A DNA stretch of 64,000 bases, from contig NC_092672.1 in assembly GCF_964355755.1 (NCBI RefSeq), positions 682,001 through 746,000 of the forward strand, written 5' to 3'. The first letter of the stretch is position 1. Each line of letters starts with the position of its first letter. The stretch comes from Antedon mediterranea (taxonomy: Eukaryota > Animalia > Echinodermata). The notes under the pieces were generated by a model. It ran no database searches, was not told the DNA's origin, and saw only the letters and a program-made list of their open reading frames with translations. Position numbers and translations under genes: made by a program. This document shows positions 11,911 through 24,935 of the stretch, one piece after another.

Positions 11911-14514
11911 CAATACTAATAATAATAAAATGTATTTTAAGGATAGAGCTATCTTTCCTGCACTTTGTTGACAAGAAAATATGTACTTTATTAATAATGT
12001 TATGTTAAACCCGTTGTTGGAAATAAACATAATACTCTATTTATTTTACTGCTATCAATCCAAAACAAGTTCTTCACCAAGTGCTTAAAACCACTAATTT
12101 CTATACTTTTTTTTATCATAACTACTGAAATGAATTACATACATTTTATGGTTCTTTACACAAACCACAACAGAGTAAAGAAGTGATGTAATAAAATGAT
12201 TTAATGACATGAAACATTGTCTGACCAACATCTAATAATAGACCTATATGGCTATACAGTGATCACATGGGAAGCATGTTACTATTTTTATTTTTCAGTT
12301 CCTTCCTTGTTGCTATACATAGTGATAATGCAAGTTATTTGCCAAATGATCAACATAGCATGTTTATTTTTGTAAGATGTTGTCTGCTATATTCATTGTT
12401 TATATCCGATACTATATATTTAAAAATAGATAAATTCGAAACAAGCTTATTTGGTACTATTTATTGTGGTGATGCGTTATCATCTCCATTTCCTTATTGT
12501 TTGTGCTGGTTAGAGTGTGGCAAAACAGAAATTGCTTTAAATTATCCTACATTAAACAAACAATGATATTGTATGTTTCAGTCTAAAATCAATAAATATT
12601 ATTTTCCATACTTCCTATAATTACCAAGTGATTTGAAGAAAGTATGTGGACGCTAAATACTAAATTATTAGTTAAAAAAACTCCAAGTTGCAAGCCAACT
12701 ATTATACGCCTTGGGTATTTTATTAATTTATATTTTTAGCTGATTAGACTTCCTTAAAGAAAGAACAACATGTTTACATTACCATATTTGTAAAATCTAA
12801 TATGATTATTAAGCATATTAAGTAGTTAGTTTGGAATCAATTTTACAGCTTGTCAAAAACGGTTGGATTTGCACGTTCCAACTTTCAATATTTAATGACG
12901 TTCCGCTTCCTTTGAAACAACACAGTAAATATACAATAAACATGTTTCCGTGTTTGTCACACATAATTAACAAATTAATATCAGAATTATTTCTTTTTTA
13001 ATTAGAAACACAAATTAGTTTCGTTTACGGGATCTAGTCGATATAGTAGTATTACAGTACCTGTACCAGTTAATAAACAGAAATTAGTAAGAATTATAAT
13101 TTTCTGTAAAAAAACTTAAAATTGTCTTAATTAAAAAAAAAATGTAATGTACATTAATAATTATAATATTCTTTTCCCATAAACATTTTATTTTATTTTA
13201 GATGTTTGAACCCTAACCCTCCTTCCCTAATAGTTGAGGTGATATTTTACATTGGAAGCATGAAATTAATATCATTAAAAATATTTTTACGCACGAACCA
13301 CATGGTATTTGGCGATAATCCTGGGACATAGATTGCAGCTATACAGACTGCGCATACAATGTGTTGAAATGATTTCATTGTGACAATGAAGCCATTTGTT
13401 ATCTATTTAGTACTGTAGGCTTAGATTCTATTGTCAGTATCCATGGAAACACAATCACATAATAATAGTAATTATTGCTAAAATGTTTTCAAAACAAATT
13501 TATGCTTACTGGACAATCTATAAATTCCTTATAAAAGTGTCTCAATAGATTTTTTCATAAACATATTGCCCTTTATTTGTTCGATGCTCAATTGTTCCAT
13601 ACCACTAAGTGTATGGTCACTGCAGTGGAATTGGCAGTGCAGTGAGCGGTATGATCACTACAGTTGTATGGTCATTGCAGTGGTATGGTCACTACAGTGC
13701 ATACCACCGCAGTGACCATACCGGTATGGTCACTACTGTGGATTGGTCACTACAGTAAAGCTGTCACAGAGAGCACTATTAGTTAGCATTGTATCCATAG
13801 ATAAGATAGTCTTCTAGTGTGTTGTAGTGTTCTATTGTTTGCAAGTATTGATTCCTTGATCAATAATGTCCTCTCTAAATAATCTTAATCTAAAGCGTTT
13901 AGTTCTAAACAATAAAACTGTGATATTATTTTAACCTTTATTGTAGTAAGATCCTGGTTTGTGGGCTTTTTAGTGTTGATTTGTAGGTGGCATTGTCACC
14001 GTTCTGTAGCTACAGTGGTATTTGTTTTTGCGGGCTAGGTAGGAGAGTTGCTTGCTCTACAGGGAATTTTACAGTTTTACAATATGAAGGTATTTTGTTA
14101 AAATGATTGTGGTAGTAAAGTTTGTTCCTCTAACTCTCTAGTTTACCTTTCTCTGTAGTTAGATACAGGTACAGTAATGTACAACTTACTGATCACATTT
14201 TATTCCTAGCTTTTAATAAAGCAAACCTACAGTGGTATAGTTAAAAACAGCTATGGCAATTTGCCTGTCAAAACATGCTTATTTTCTTACACAGTTAAGG
14301 CACTTCTTGGATTACTGTCCATCCTGTCTGTTTAATTCAGTATTCCTTGCAGTACTGTATTATAAAATTACAGAATATTGTTTTAATAATAATAATGGTT
14401 AAACCCTTATGCAATGTTAAAATGTTTTAGACACAAAAATGAAATATCCTAAAATACCCCCCTGCACCTCCCCCCCCCCCCCAAAAAAAAGAAGAAAATC
14501 AGAGAAACCATTTA

Positions 14515-15448
14515 CCGTATTTTCCGGAGTATAGGTCGACCCCAAGTATAAGTCGACCCCCAACTTTGACCTAGAATATCGTTGATTTTGGTATGACCTG
14601 AATATAAGTCGACCCCCAAAATCGGCTAATAACACAACTTACTTTAAAGTTCAAAGAAGGCTAGAAATGTATGAAATGTGGTTGTTTGTTTATACAATTA
14701 TTAAAGTGTAGGCCTAATCAATATCGGACGGACGTAATCACAACGGCTTCGCCGCCGTCTTCGCCAGCCTATAAATGACAGCGATGTAGCGTTACAGTAC
14801 TTGCCATCAGCGATGTTTTTTCGCGTCACTCGAATAAATTAAAACGAGTTTTTCGTTAGGAGGCTTATTAAATTGTACAGGCGAGTAGTTGTAAATCGCG
14901 TTATCTGTAAATGTACACGCGCCGGACTGAGGAGAATTTATTTTATGAATAGACATGCGCAGTAATTGTAATTGCGAACAAACAAACAAACTGCGCATGT
15001 GTATAGATGAAAATATCGCGCAATAACAAACATGCTGCATGGACATTCCAACATCGTGTAGTTCGTTTTGTGGTGTGTGTTACGATGTTTTCGCGAGTGA
15101 ATACGAAGCATATGAAACACAAACGAACACTATTTATTCGTAATTATTTTAATAAAAGCGTAATATAAACATCAAAATTAATCTTTGTTATATATTAATA
15201 GTACTTGTACCAGTACTTGTTGGAGTTGTATTATTTTGTACAATGTAGGTATTATTAAATTGAAAACTCCTGTGAGTGATTGATGATAGGCCACTGACCT
15301 TGCTAGGCCTTAACAGCTGACGGCTTTTGAACGAATTTTTTCGGCTTGATTTTTTTCAAAAATCGCATGGTCGGAGTATAAGTCGACCCCCCGATTTTGC
15401 AATTAAAATTTTCCCACAAAGTCTCGACCTATACTCCGGAAAATACGG
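14515..15448. mobile_element. Non-autonomous Tc1/mariner (pogo/Tc2-like) element
   Basis: TA TSD (14513-14, 15449-50); perfect TIR CCGTATTTTCCGGAGTATAGGTCGA; subterminal TATAAGTCGACCCC repeats at both ends. Confidence 0.85.
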
Positions 15449-15996
15449 TACACCACTTTGTCCTCCAGCCCTTTGAAGCTCCCATGAGAGCTCACAGAAC
15501 AGTACAGCAGCTTGAGGAAATCTGTTTATGCTATCCTACCTACTGTAAATAAGAAGAAAAAAGGTGTTGCTTAAAGACTTTTTTTTAAAGTATCGATTGA
15601 TGATTCCGCTTTGATGCCCGTGGTAGATCATTCCAAACCATAAATGAATAAAAATAGAATAATATTCTACAATGCTAATCTTCTCATTGCTGATTTGTTT
15701 ATAATAATCTGAGATTCTGAAAATAGAAATTTTGATATGAATTTGACCGAACCGTGGGATGAATGCGACTTCTATAACACTAAGCAAACACCTAAAGATA
15801 GATCATATTGTTTTAACATTTCTTGTTTGTGACTTTGAATTCAATTTGAAACCAATATAAGCTATTTATATGGATATGAATTAGATTGATTTCTTTAACA
15901 AAAGCGATTTATATACATAATGTAATAGCGAAATTAACTTGGGAAAACCCAGATTTATTTTATCTCATTCCACTAAATTTCAAATATAAACTGTAA

Positions 15997-16130
15997 AGCT
16001 CTGTCTACACTATCAAACTAATTGTGATGTGCCCATATATGGACATGATGTCATATCACTACCATATTTGGGAATATCACTACCATATTTGGGCACATCA
16101 CACTTTTTGTCATAAAGTGTAGACAGCGCT
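15997..16130. mobile_element. MITE family A copy
   Basis: TAA|AGCTCTGTCTACACTATCAAAC...GTGTAGACAGCGCT|TAA, a TAA target duplication. Confidence 0.8.
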
Positions 16131-16620
16131 TAAGTGACTTCATTATTTGGACATGAGTATTTTGAAATTTAGTACAGTAGGCCTAAATATTTAAAAAACA
16201 TTTCAAATGTGAACACGTATTTTAAAATACACATTAGTCTTTAAACATTGCTGGCTTTCAATATCTTTGAATTTGGAAAGGTTAAACTTTAGTAAATGTA
16301 TGCATTGATTATTTTCTCAATTTTCTCTTTGAACATACAAATGAAATATACCCAATAAATTTTGATTTTAAAAGCAAAACTAGAAAGAAAGAGTTAATTT
16401 TAAGTCTCCTACTTAAGCTGAATTTCATAATAGCGAGTATTTGCTTCAGTAATTTTGTACAACAGAGTAATCTGCATAGTGTATATAAATCCAGAATACA
16501 CTATTTCATTTTTTGGGACTATATTCGGTCTATTGTTGCTATTATTTATGTTTATGTGCTAATTCATATTTTAAAATTTGTTTTCATTTGAATAAAAAAA
16601 AATAGTGTAAAATTATGTAA

Positions 16621-16733
16621 AGCTCTGTTTACACTATCAAACTTTATGTGACAAAAAAATATGATGTGCACATATTTGGGCACATCACATTTTTTGTCAC
16701 ATAAAGTTTGATACAGTAGTGTAGACAGAGCTT
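16621..16733. mobile_element. MITE family A copy
   Basis: AGCTCTGTTTACACTATCAAAC...GTAGACAGAGCT, with a CAGTA insertion in the right TIR. Confidence 0.8.
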
Positions 16734-17896
16734 TACAATTCATGAGCAATTCTAGCACTACCTAATTATCTTTCTTAAAATAATCCAGCAATATCCACAG
16801 AGTTTGCCTTGAAAGATTCCTGGAAATATTTACTAAATTGAGGCCAAATTGAGTATGCTTTCAAGCAGTGAATTTCAATCACTTCTTATAGCCTTCAAAC
16901 TTCAACATTCAATCAACCCATTCCTGTATTATGTAATTGATTATTTCAATTTACTCATTGACGACTAAATTACTAAAATATTTCAGGAAATCTTTTAGAT
17001 TTTTCAACTCCCTGTATAGGTCTGTTCGTCTTTTAAAAGTTATCCATTTCATTTCATATTCTCAAAAACAGTAATATTAATATTGCCTTTGAAACCCAAC
17101 TATGTGAACATAAATTGAATTCCAATTTTCTCGGAATCATGACGATGATGAATTCATACACCCATCTTCTAGCATTTATTAGTATCATCTAAAATGTTTA
17201 TTTTGTTCACGTTTTATAGAAGCAAATCATATTCACTTCATATTACATTTAATGTAATGTGAATACATGTATCTATTGTGTATGTTTGTATCATGTGAAA
17301 CCCAACTATGATTTAATTGAATGTTATCATACTGCACATCATATTCATTAATGTAATATGTATAAATGTATCTCTAGTGTTTTTTTTTATCATGTGAAAC
17401 CTAACTATGATTTAATTCAATGTTCTCGGTAACATACGGCACATCACATTCATTAATGTAATATGTATAAATGTATACATTGTGATGTTTTAAATTAGCG
17501 TTGTACATGCTCCAAGTGCTTCTAAATAGATTGCTCTCAGGAGACGTGAGCCAGGTGTTTGGATGGCCATTACCCGCATTATCTACACTCCTCGTTTTGC
17601 AATATGATGTTGTTCATACATTCTTAATTACTGTATGTAAGAGTGGGTGTGTAGAACATTGATTTCACTATATTCTAGTATTATTATTCCCATTTGTAAA
17701 AATACATGGAATTATTACTTGATATAAGTACTTACTTAGCAGCTTTGAGTACTAAGTGCAATCTCTAGGTTTTGTTTACATTTTTAAGCCACAGATTTCA
17801 GTTGCTATTCACTGTAAATTTATTTTTAATAATCAAAAAAAATTATTTAGTTTTCCTGGGAGGTCTGTTTTGATTGATTGATTTCAATCATTATTT

Positions 17897-18520
17897 GGCC
17901 CATACAGTAAGTTCATACTTAAATGCACATAATGGATGGTCCCTAGTTAAAGACTTTTAACCATTACATCTGGTCCATAAGTTCATACTCAAATGCACAT
18001 AATTGATGGTCCCTAGGAAAAGACTTTAACCATGACATCTGGCCCAAAGGTTCATACTCAAATGCACATAATTGATGGTCCCTAGGAAAAGACTTTAACC
18101 ATGACATCTGGCCCATAAGTTCATACTTTTAATGCACATAATGGATGGTCTCTAGGAAAAGACTTTTAACCATTACATCTGGTCCATAAGTTCATACTTA
18201 AATGCACATCATTGATAGTCCCTAAGAAAAGATTTTAACCATTACATCTGGCCCATAAGTTTATACTTAAATACACATAATGGATGGTCCCTAGGAAAAG
18301 ACTTTAACCATTACATCTGGCCCATAAGTTTATACTTAAATACACATAATGGATGGTCCCTAGGAAAAGACTTTAACCATGACATCTGGCCCATAAGTTT
18401 ATACTTAAATACACATAATGGATGGTCCCTAGGAAAATACTTTTAACCATTATCTGGTCCATAAGTTCATACTCAAATGCACATAATTGATGGTCCCTAG
18501 GAAAGGCTTTAAACCATTAC
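17897..18520. repeat. ~69-bp minisatellite (~9 copies)
   Basis: Unit CCCATAAGTTCATACTTAAATGCACATAATGGATGGTCCCTAGGAAAAGACTTTAACCATTACATCTGG. Confidence 0.95.
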
Positions 18521-19737
18521 TTTGGATAGTGATGCGAATTGGTATTCAACTCTCATTATCCACACAATTTGAAAATGCCCCTTGAATTATTTGCAAGTTT
18601 AAAGGGATTGTTATATAACACACCTACTGTACAACACAGTAGGCTACTGTTGTGCATAAACTTAAACAAGACCGATTTCAACAGGGGCAGGGGTGCATCC
18701 AATAAACACTACCCTGTCAACATAATTGTATCCACATGCTGATTTGATAAAAATCTTTAGAAAGCAATTATTCAATAATAACAGCTTTTTGCTAACACAG
18801 TCTAGATGTTTGCAAGACCTTTTGTCATTTTGAGCTTAAATATGAATTTGTTTCGATTTCTCCCATCTGTGTGAAATGACCTGTTTTAACCTGTATTGTT
18901 TCCCCAGTAATGTTGTGTTTTCACCAACAGCAGCACGCGGGTTTTGACCCCATATCCTTCCACATGGATAACCCACCAGTATGCCTGACTTATCTTAAGC
19001 TATTTAGTAGTTAAGTCAGCCATTAAAAATGTGAGAAATTGCTGATAAAATAAGGTCAATGGCTCTTTAATGTTGTGTTAATTTGCATATGATTGTACCT
19101 AATTAGCATATTTATGTACAAATAAACAGCAATATTGTAATTCAATAATAAAGTTTACCAGGTAATAATTGATATTATTGTATATGTTACAGTCTGGTAA
19201 ATAAAGGATTATTTTTAGGCTGTTTCTGCTGCATAATGCAATGTAAAATATTAAAAAGAAAACATTTAAAATATGTATAAAATATATTGAAAATGCTATA
19301 AAACATATAAAAAAATAAAATACAAATATAGTGCCTCAATGTTACCCTAATGTCGTCATCATCATCATCATCAGCGGAAAATTATTTCCATTTATTGCGA
19401 TTTGCATGTAAAATATACATAGAAATTATCTTTGCACTGAGATACTGTATACAAAAACAGGAAATTAAAAACTAACAAAAACAATTCCAATTCAAAGTGT
19501 CGCATCCCTCTCATTTGTTTTCTCTCTTGAACACAGCTCTGTGTGAAACAGGCATAAGTGAGCGTATTTCTGTTTACACATACTTTACTCATTGCTTAAA
19601 CTTGCATACTCTAATATGAATATTTCATAATACATTTAATAATGTATAAATCGTGGGATAAATGTTTAATAGTAATTCTGTCAAGCTTATAAATACAGTA
19701 ATGAATTATGCAATAAAACAGGGAGGTATAGAAAAAA

Positions 19738-19938
19738 AGGCTGTGCCACAAATGGCGTTAAGGCGTGTTGGCGCACGGTATGCCAATGACAGCAAGGTAA
19801 CATAAGGTTGTGCCACAAATGGCGTTAAGGCGTGTTGGCGCACGGTATGCCAATGACAGCAAGGTAACATAAGGCTGTGCCACAAATGGCGTTAAGGCGT
19901 GTTGGCGCACGGTATGCCAATGACAGCAAGGTAACATA
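19738..19938. repeat. 67-bp tandem repeat x3
   Basis: Unit AGGCTGTGCCACAAATGGCGTTAAGGCGTGTTGGCGCACGGTATGCCAATGACAGCAAGGTAACATA. Confidence 0.95.
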
Positions 19939-21197
19939 AACGGCAAAGAACAAGAAAGAGAAACGCTTATAGTTACAATTTTACATCATTGTTTGTGCTG
20001 AAAGGTACACTCTGCTTCATAATCACAGCATTGTAAAAATGTTGAACGTAGTGTATTCAACTAACTGTATTTAGACAAATTTGTCAGTGTTAATAATATG
20101 TACACTAAAGATACAGTATGTCTACACTATCAAACTTTATGTGACAAAAATATGTGATGTGCCCATATATGGACATGATGATGTCATATTACTACCATAT
20201 TTGGGCATATCACACTTTTTTGTAACATAAAGTTTGATAGTGTAGACAGAGCTTAAAGCACTGTATCTATATCAGTGTGAACAGAGACTGAAAGATTAAA
20301 CCATGTGACTGTGATATTTTTACACTGCATTTTGTATGTTGAGGTTGAATTAATAAACTGTTTACAATACAGTAGTGCTTGAAGCAACAGAGACCATGTG
20401 ACTTAGTACGCGCCTCCTCATGTGACTTAGTCAGTACCTCCCCATGTGACTTAGTCAGTACATTATTAAGTCAGGCAGACCTCATTGCGACTACCTCACC
20501 AAGAGGGATTTGTTTTCTGCAGGGTCTAATCTAATGATATTTCTTGATGAAAAGAACTGAATACATTAATATTATGATATTAAATTGGATAACAATCCAC
20601 ACCCCTGGGGTTTGTGCTGGGGCTGGTAATGGGCTTTGATGGGTGGGTTGTTATGGCTGATTAGCCTTGCCAGCTGCAAGCCAGAAACAGGAACTAAAAA
20701 GAAGGGTTAATAACCTTAAGTTTATAATATCTGGAGTGATGCAGCTTTATGCCAAGTCTGGCTAACTAAAGCGTTAAAGCTTAAATATCAACTATTTTTT
20801 TATTTTACAGCAATTATATATTTTTATATGTTAATTTAAGCGTAAAAGCTTAAATATCAACTATTTTTTTATTTTACAGAAGTTATGTATTTTTATATTT
20901 TAATTTTTAAAAACATAAATTTGATGATTGAAATAGGAGCCAACTGTTAAATCAGAAATCAGCACACAGATTATGATTGATGGTGGATTAACATTATGAC
21001 ATGATAGCTGTGATAACATTCCTAAGGGTTTTGCATACGTGTATATGAACACAACATTTGCATGTATGAGATACCAAGTAAATTGGTTATACATGTAATA
21101 GGTCATTGACCTACAGGAAGTCTGGAAGATAGCTTCTTGAATCTTTTCCAAACTTTTCCCCTGATCATTGCTTGTTGCAGGAAGTAGCCTTTGCTGT

Positions 21198-21432
21198 ATA
21201 TCATGACCAGCAGCAGCAGTACTGCAGTAGTATTGCCTTCTTGATACATGTCCAAAAGGAGCTTCATTAAGAATCATATCATGACCAGCAGCAGTACTGC
21301 AGTAGTATTGCCTTCTTGATACATGTCCAAAAGGAGCTTCATTAAGAATCATATCATGACCAGCAGCAGTACTGCAGTAGTATTGCCTTCTTGATACATG
21401 TCCAAAAGGAGCTTCATTAAGAATCATATCAT
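21198..21432. repeat. 75-bp tandem repeat x3
   Basis: Unit ATATCATGACCAGCAGCAGTACTGCAGTAGTATTGCC...TTAAGAATC; generates the repetitive part of ORF 20900..21436. Confidence 0.9.
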
Positions 21433-21614
21433 TCACACGAAAGAGAAAAAAACAAGATTCATATCATTCACTCTGATCAGTGAGTCTTGCAGGAAATGGC
21501 AAGCAGCAGTACTACTGCAGTAGTTATGATTCTTGATAAAGTGCATACATCATGTCCATAAAATGCTTCAAAGATTCCAATCACTCCCTCTGTTCAGAGT
21601 CTCTTCTCGCCCAT

Positions 21615-21850
21615 TCCATCCATCCATCCATCCATCCATCCATCCATCCATCCATCCATCCATCCGTCAACAAAGCATTACGGTTTTCGTTTCTATTCTT
21701 GGCCCTCTTTCACCCTTTGGAACAGATTTAACCATCTTTATCCTTCAGGCTACTTCAAAGTTGCTCTGAAAACTTGCCTTTTTAACTTAGTTTTCCGCTT
21801 TCATTTCTTTTGTTAAGTGCATTGAGGCTTTGCATAATGAAATAAGCGGA
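21615..21850 (+). mobile_element. (CCAT)n microsatellite followed by a degenerate L2-like LINE 3' end
   Basis: About 12 CCAT units, then remnants reading like HYGFR..LWN..FKVALKTCLF, typical of L2 ORF2 ends. Confidence 0.45.
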
Positions 21851-23004
21851 CATCATGGCCTGAAATTGTGAAAATAAGCGTTGAAACTTAACCTAATATT
21901 TCTGTTGCATTGTAATTTGTGATCTGCCTATCTTTTGCATTGTAATTTTGCCTCCTCTTTCGTAAAACGTGTATCTGTGTTTTTTTAATATATTCCATGA
22001 CAGATTTATCCCTGTACATCATTAACAGTTTGAGAAGGTTCCAACTTTTTCTGCTTCTTATCTATTTTAATTACTTGCTCTGCTGCGTGTTTGATAATAT
22101 TTTAATTACAGAATGCACGTCTGTGATTTATAGGGGATTTACGTAAATGTACAAGTTGGAGTGTAGCCATGTCAAAATGATTCTGCACAATTCTGCTTCG
22201 TTACTATTGCCATGGGTCATTTCTTTTGTCGTGGCTGGTTACCTTATGAAATATGTAATTAGCGCAGCAGGGTTTTATCATGAAAATGAATGAATTTATT
22301 TTCTCCAGGTCTCAAAAGATTGATGAATCATGCATTGAAATGCTGCGCACAACTAATTTATTCTATAAATCATTCTGATTTAAACAGCTTATTTATAAAC
22401 TTTGTAGAAATCAGTATTTTTTTATTCTTTGTCAAATCAAATATTTGTTTCTAATCAATCAATAAATAACGACTATTGAAAACTGTAATTCATATTGAGG
22501 GTGTGAGGACGGGGGAAGGGGTTAGCAGGGTTGTGTGCAGGATTTTATTTTGTGGGTGGAGCTCCTTAAATTTTGAAATGATTTGAAAGTTTGACAAAAT
22601 TATTTTATGAAAAAAAACCACCCTCCTTGGGGAAATCTCTATTCAGGGGACACCACTATTCAGGAAACACTTTCCTGTCAAACACAGACACTGTGATTTA
22701 AAAGTGGCCAACCCCTGTTCAGGGGCCAACTTTTTGGGTCCAGAGTGGTCCCCTTAATAAGTTCTACTAATTTCTTAACTTTCAAAACTTAATACAGTAC
22801 TCTTTTATTTTTATTAACAATAATTAACATTAAATTATTTTATAATTTACTTTTCTCTTACTCACTGCATGCTTAATCTTATATCTTTACAGGTCTATCT
22901 TAATCCTTGACAGATGCTTTTCTTCAAGATTGTTTTAGTCTAATTTGCAAGCAGGTTTTACTAACTCTATATTAATCTAAATGATTGAGACTCTTCTTGG
23001 CAAG

Positions 23005-24607
23005 ATGGGTACAGGTAGGCATTTGGTGTAGTGTGAACATTCTGTTGTTTGTTGTTACACATTTGTTGTCAACACTAGCTCTGTCTACACTATCAAACTG
23101 GTTTGACAGTGTAGACAGAGCTTATTGGCTTGCAGGACCCTACATTTAGTGTTCTATGCACATTCTGTTGTTTGTTGTACACGTTCGTTGTCAACACTAA
23201 AGCTTGGTTTGCACTAGCGATGCAACACAAGGACGAAACGCGACGTAATGCAGTGGAACATCGACAAGGGCTCACTCATTTTATGGTTCTGTCGGTATAA
23301 CGAGTCTTCTCGAATAAGAACTATAATGAATGGTGTCATGGTTTTTTTTTTGTGTATACTTGTTTTTTTATGTGTTAATTATGTTTTCTGCCACTAAGTG
23401 TGGTATTATAGTATCGGAAGACTGGTGTTGGGATTCCTTACTTAACCATCACAACTTAGCCATTCTCATTCTGTTATGGGCAGATAAGAAAGATTAACTT
23501 AATTTACAATAAGCACATTATCTGAAAATTTTGTGTGGTTAGAGTCACTTTCTAAGAAACCGTACAATTCACTAACCACAAAAATATACAATTTAAATAA
23601 GTTTGTACTTAGTGGTCCCTAGTTCAATGAATAATTTAAAACCTGGATCCCTTAAGAACACACTCATTATTTGTTAATTTGGCCATCAGAGGTGCTAATG
23701 CACATTCTGATTAAAATGCATCATTCATCAATTCTTCTTTTGAAACCGTTGCCTTAAGCTCTGTCCGCACTATTAAACTTTATGTGGCAAAAAAATGTGA
23801 TGTGCCCATATATAGACATGATAATTTCATATCACTACCATATTTGGGCACATCAGTACCATATTTGGGCATATCACTACCATATTTGGGCATATCACTA
23901 CCATATTTGGGCATATCACTACCATATTTGGGCACATCACTACCATATTTGGGCACATCACTACCATATTTTGGCATATCACTACCATATTTGGGCACAT
24001 CACTACCATATTTGGGCACATCACTACCATATTTGGGCACATCACATTTTTTTGTCAATCTAGTTTTAGAGTGTATTGTTGTATTGTTAATACAAAACAA
24101 ATAATATTCATAAAAAATATTTGACATAATTTGACATTTAATAATCAACATATTCATTATTTTTTATTTGTTAATTTGACTATATTAAAGGTGTTCTGAC
24201 TGAAATGCATTGTTAATCAGTTCTCCTTTGATACCCTTGCTTTATGACTGGTGGGTGGTGTTTACTCCTCTGATACCAAACATTCATATTCAAACAATAT
24301 TTGACATTTAAATGATAGATGATATGAGTGAAAAGGGATTGCACATTGTTTGTTGTAGAATGAATCTAGCAAAATCAATCTTAATTCCCTTCAGTGTAAC
24401 ATGTTCTCGCATAAATACATTACTCCATTTTCATGTTTTATAGATTTCTTAACCTTGATTTTAAAGGTTTTAGCACAATTCTGAGACCAATTTGAAAATT
24501 CAAATATCTTGTTTTTCAGGAAGCAGTGCAATCTGTGATATTTTTCGTGGAGAGAATAGTACAGCAACACAAAGCTCAAGGGCTCCGAAAATGAAAAACT
24601 TACCAAA
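23005..24607 (+). CDS. CAMKK2: Predicted N-terminal coding exons of CaMKK (23005-23014 and 24520-24607)
   Basis: AAGATGG strong Kozak; ATG GGT ACA G|gtaggc joins ttttcag|GA AGC AGT...TTA CCA AA|gtaagt, which joins acag|A AAT CCG at 33460. All phases (1, 2) match with no stops, giving MGTGSSAICDIFRGENSTATQSSRAPKMKNLPKNPNIDV. The 5' part of the first exon starts at an acceptor near 22893. Confidence 0.7.
23757..24075. mobile_element. MITE family A copy with internal 21-bp repeat expanded to ~10 units
   Basis: Left TIR AGCTCTGTCCGCACTATTAAAC, array of CACTACCATATTTGGGCA(T/C)AT; source of four overlapping spurious repeat ORFs. Confidence 0.9.
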
Positions 24608-24935
24608 GTAAGTATCGGTGTCTTAATATGGTCTTAAGTTGATTTTAGTATCAACTTTCAATTTCACGGTATTTTCCTGGTGGAGAGAATAGTACAGCAA
24701 CACAAAGCTCAAGGGCTCTGAAAATGAAAAACTTTAATACCAAAGTAAGTATCGGTGTATTATTAATCTAAGTATGGTCTTAAGTTGATTTTAGTATGAA
24801 CTTTCAATTTCATGGTATTTTTGTGGTGGAGAGAATAGTACACAAATCTCAAGGGCTCTAAATTTAAAACTTACCAAAGTAGGTGGTGTCTTATAAGTAT
24901 GGTCTTCTTAGGTGAATTTTAGTATTAACTTTCAA
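24546..24935. repeat. ~135-150 bp tandem triplication including a CaMKK exon 3' end and donor
   Basis: GTGGAGAGAATAGTACA...AAGGGCTC...TACCAAAGTA(A/G)GT repeated at ~24547, ~24679 and ~24826. Confidence 0.85.

Noticed and set aside
20900-21436. 178-aa minus-strand ORF
   Set aside because: Built on a 75-bp triplication; no recognisable domain.
23780-24157. Four overlapping repeat ORFs (PKYGSD, HYHIWA and others)
   Set aside because: All derive from the 21-bp internal repeat of a MITE.
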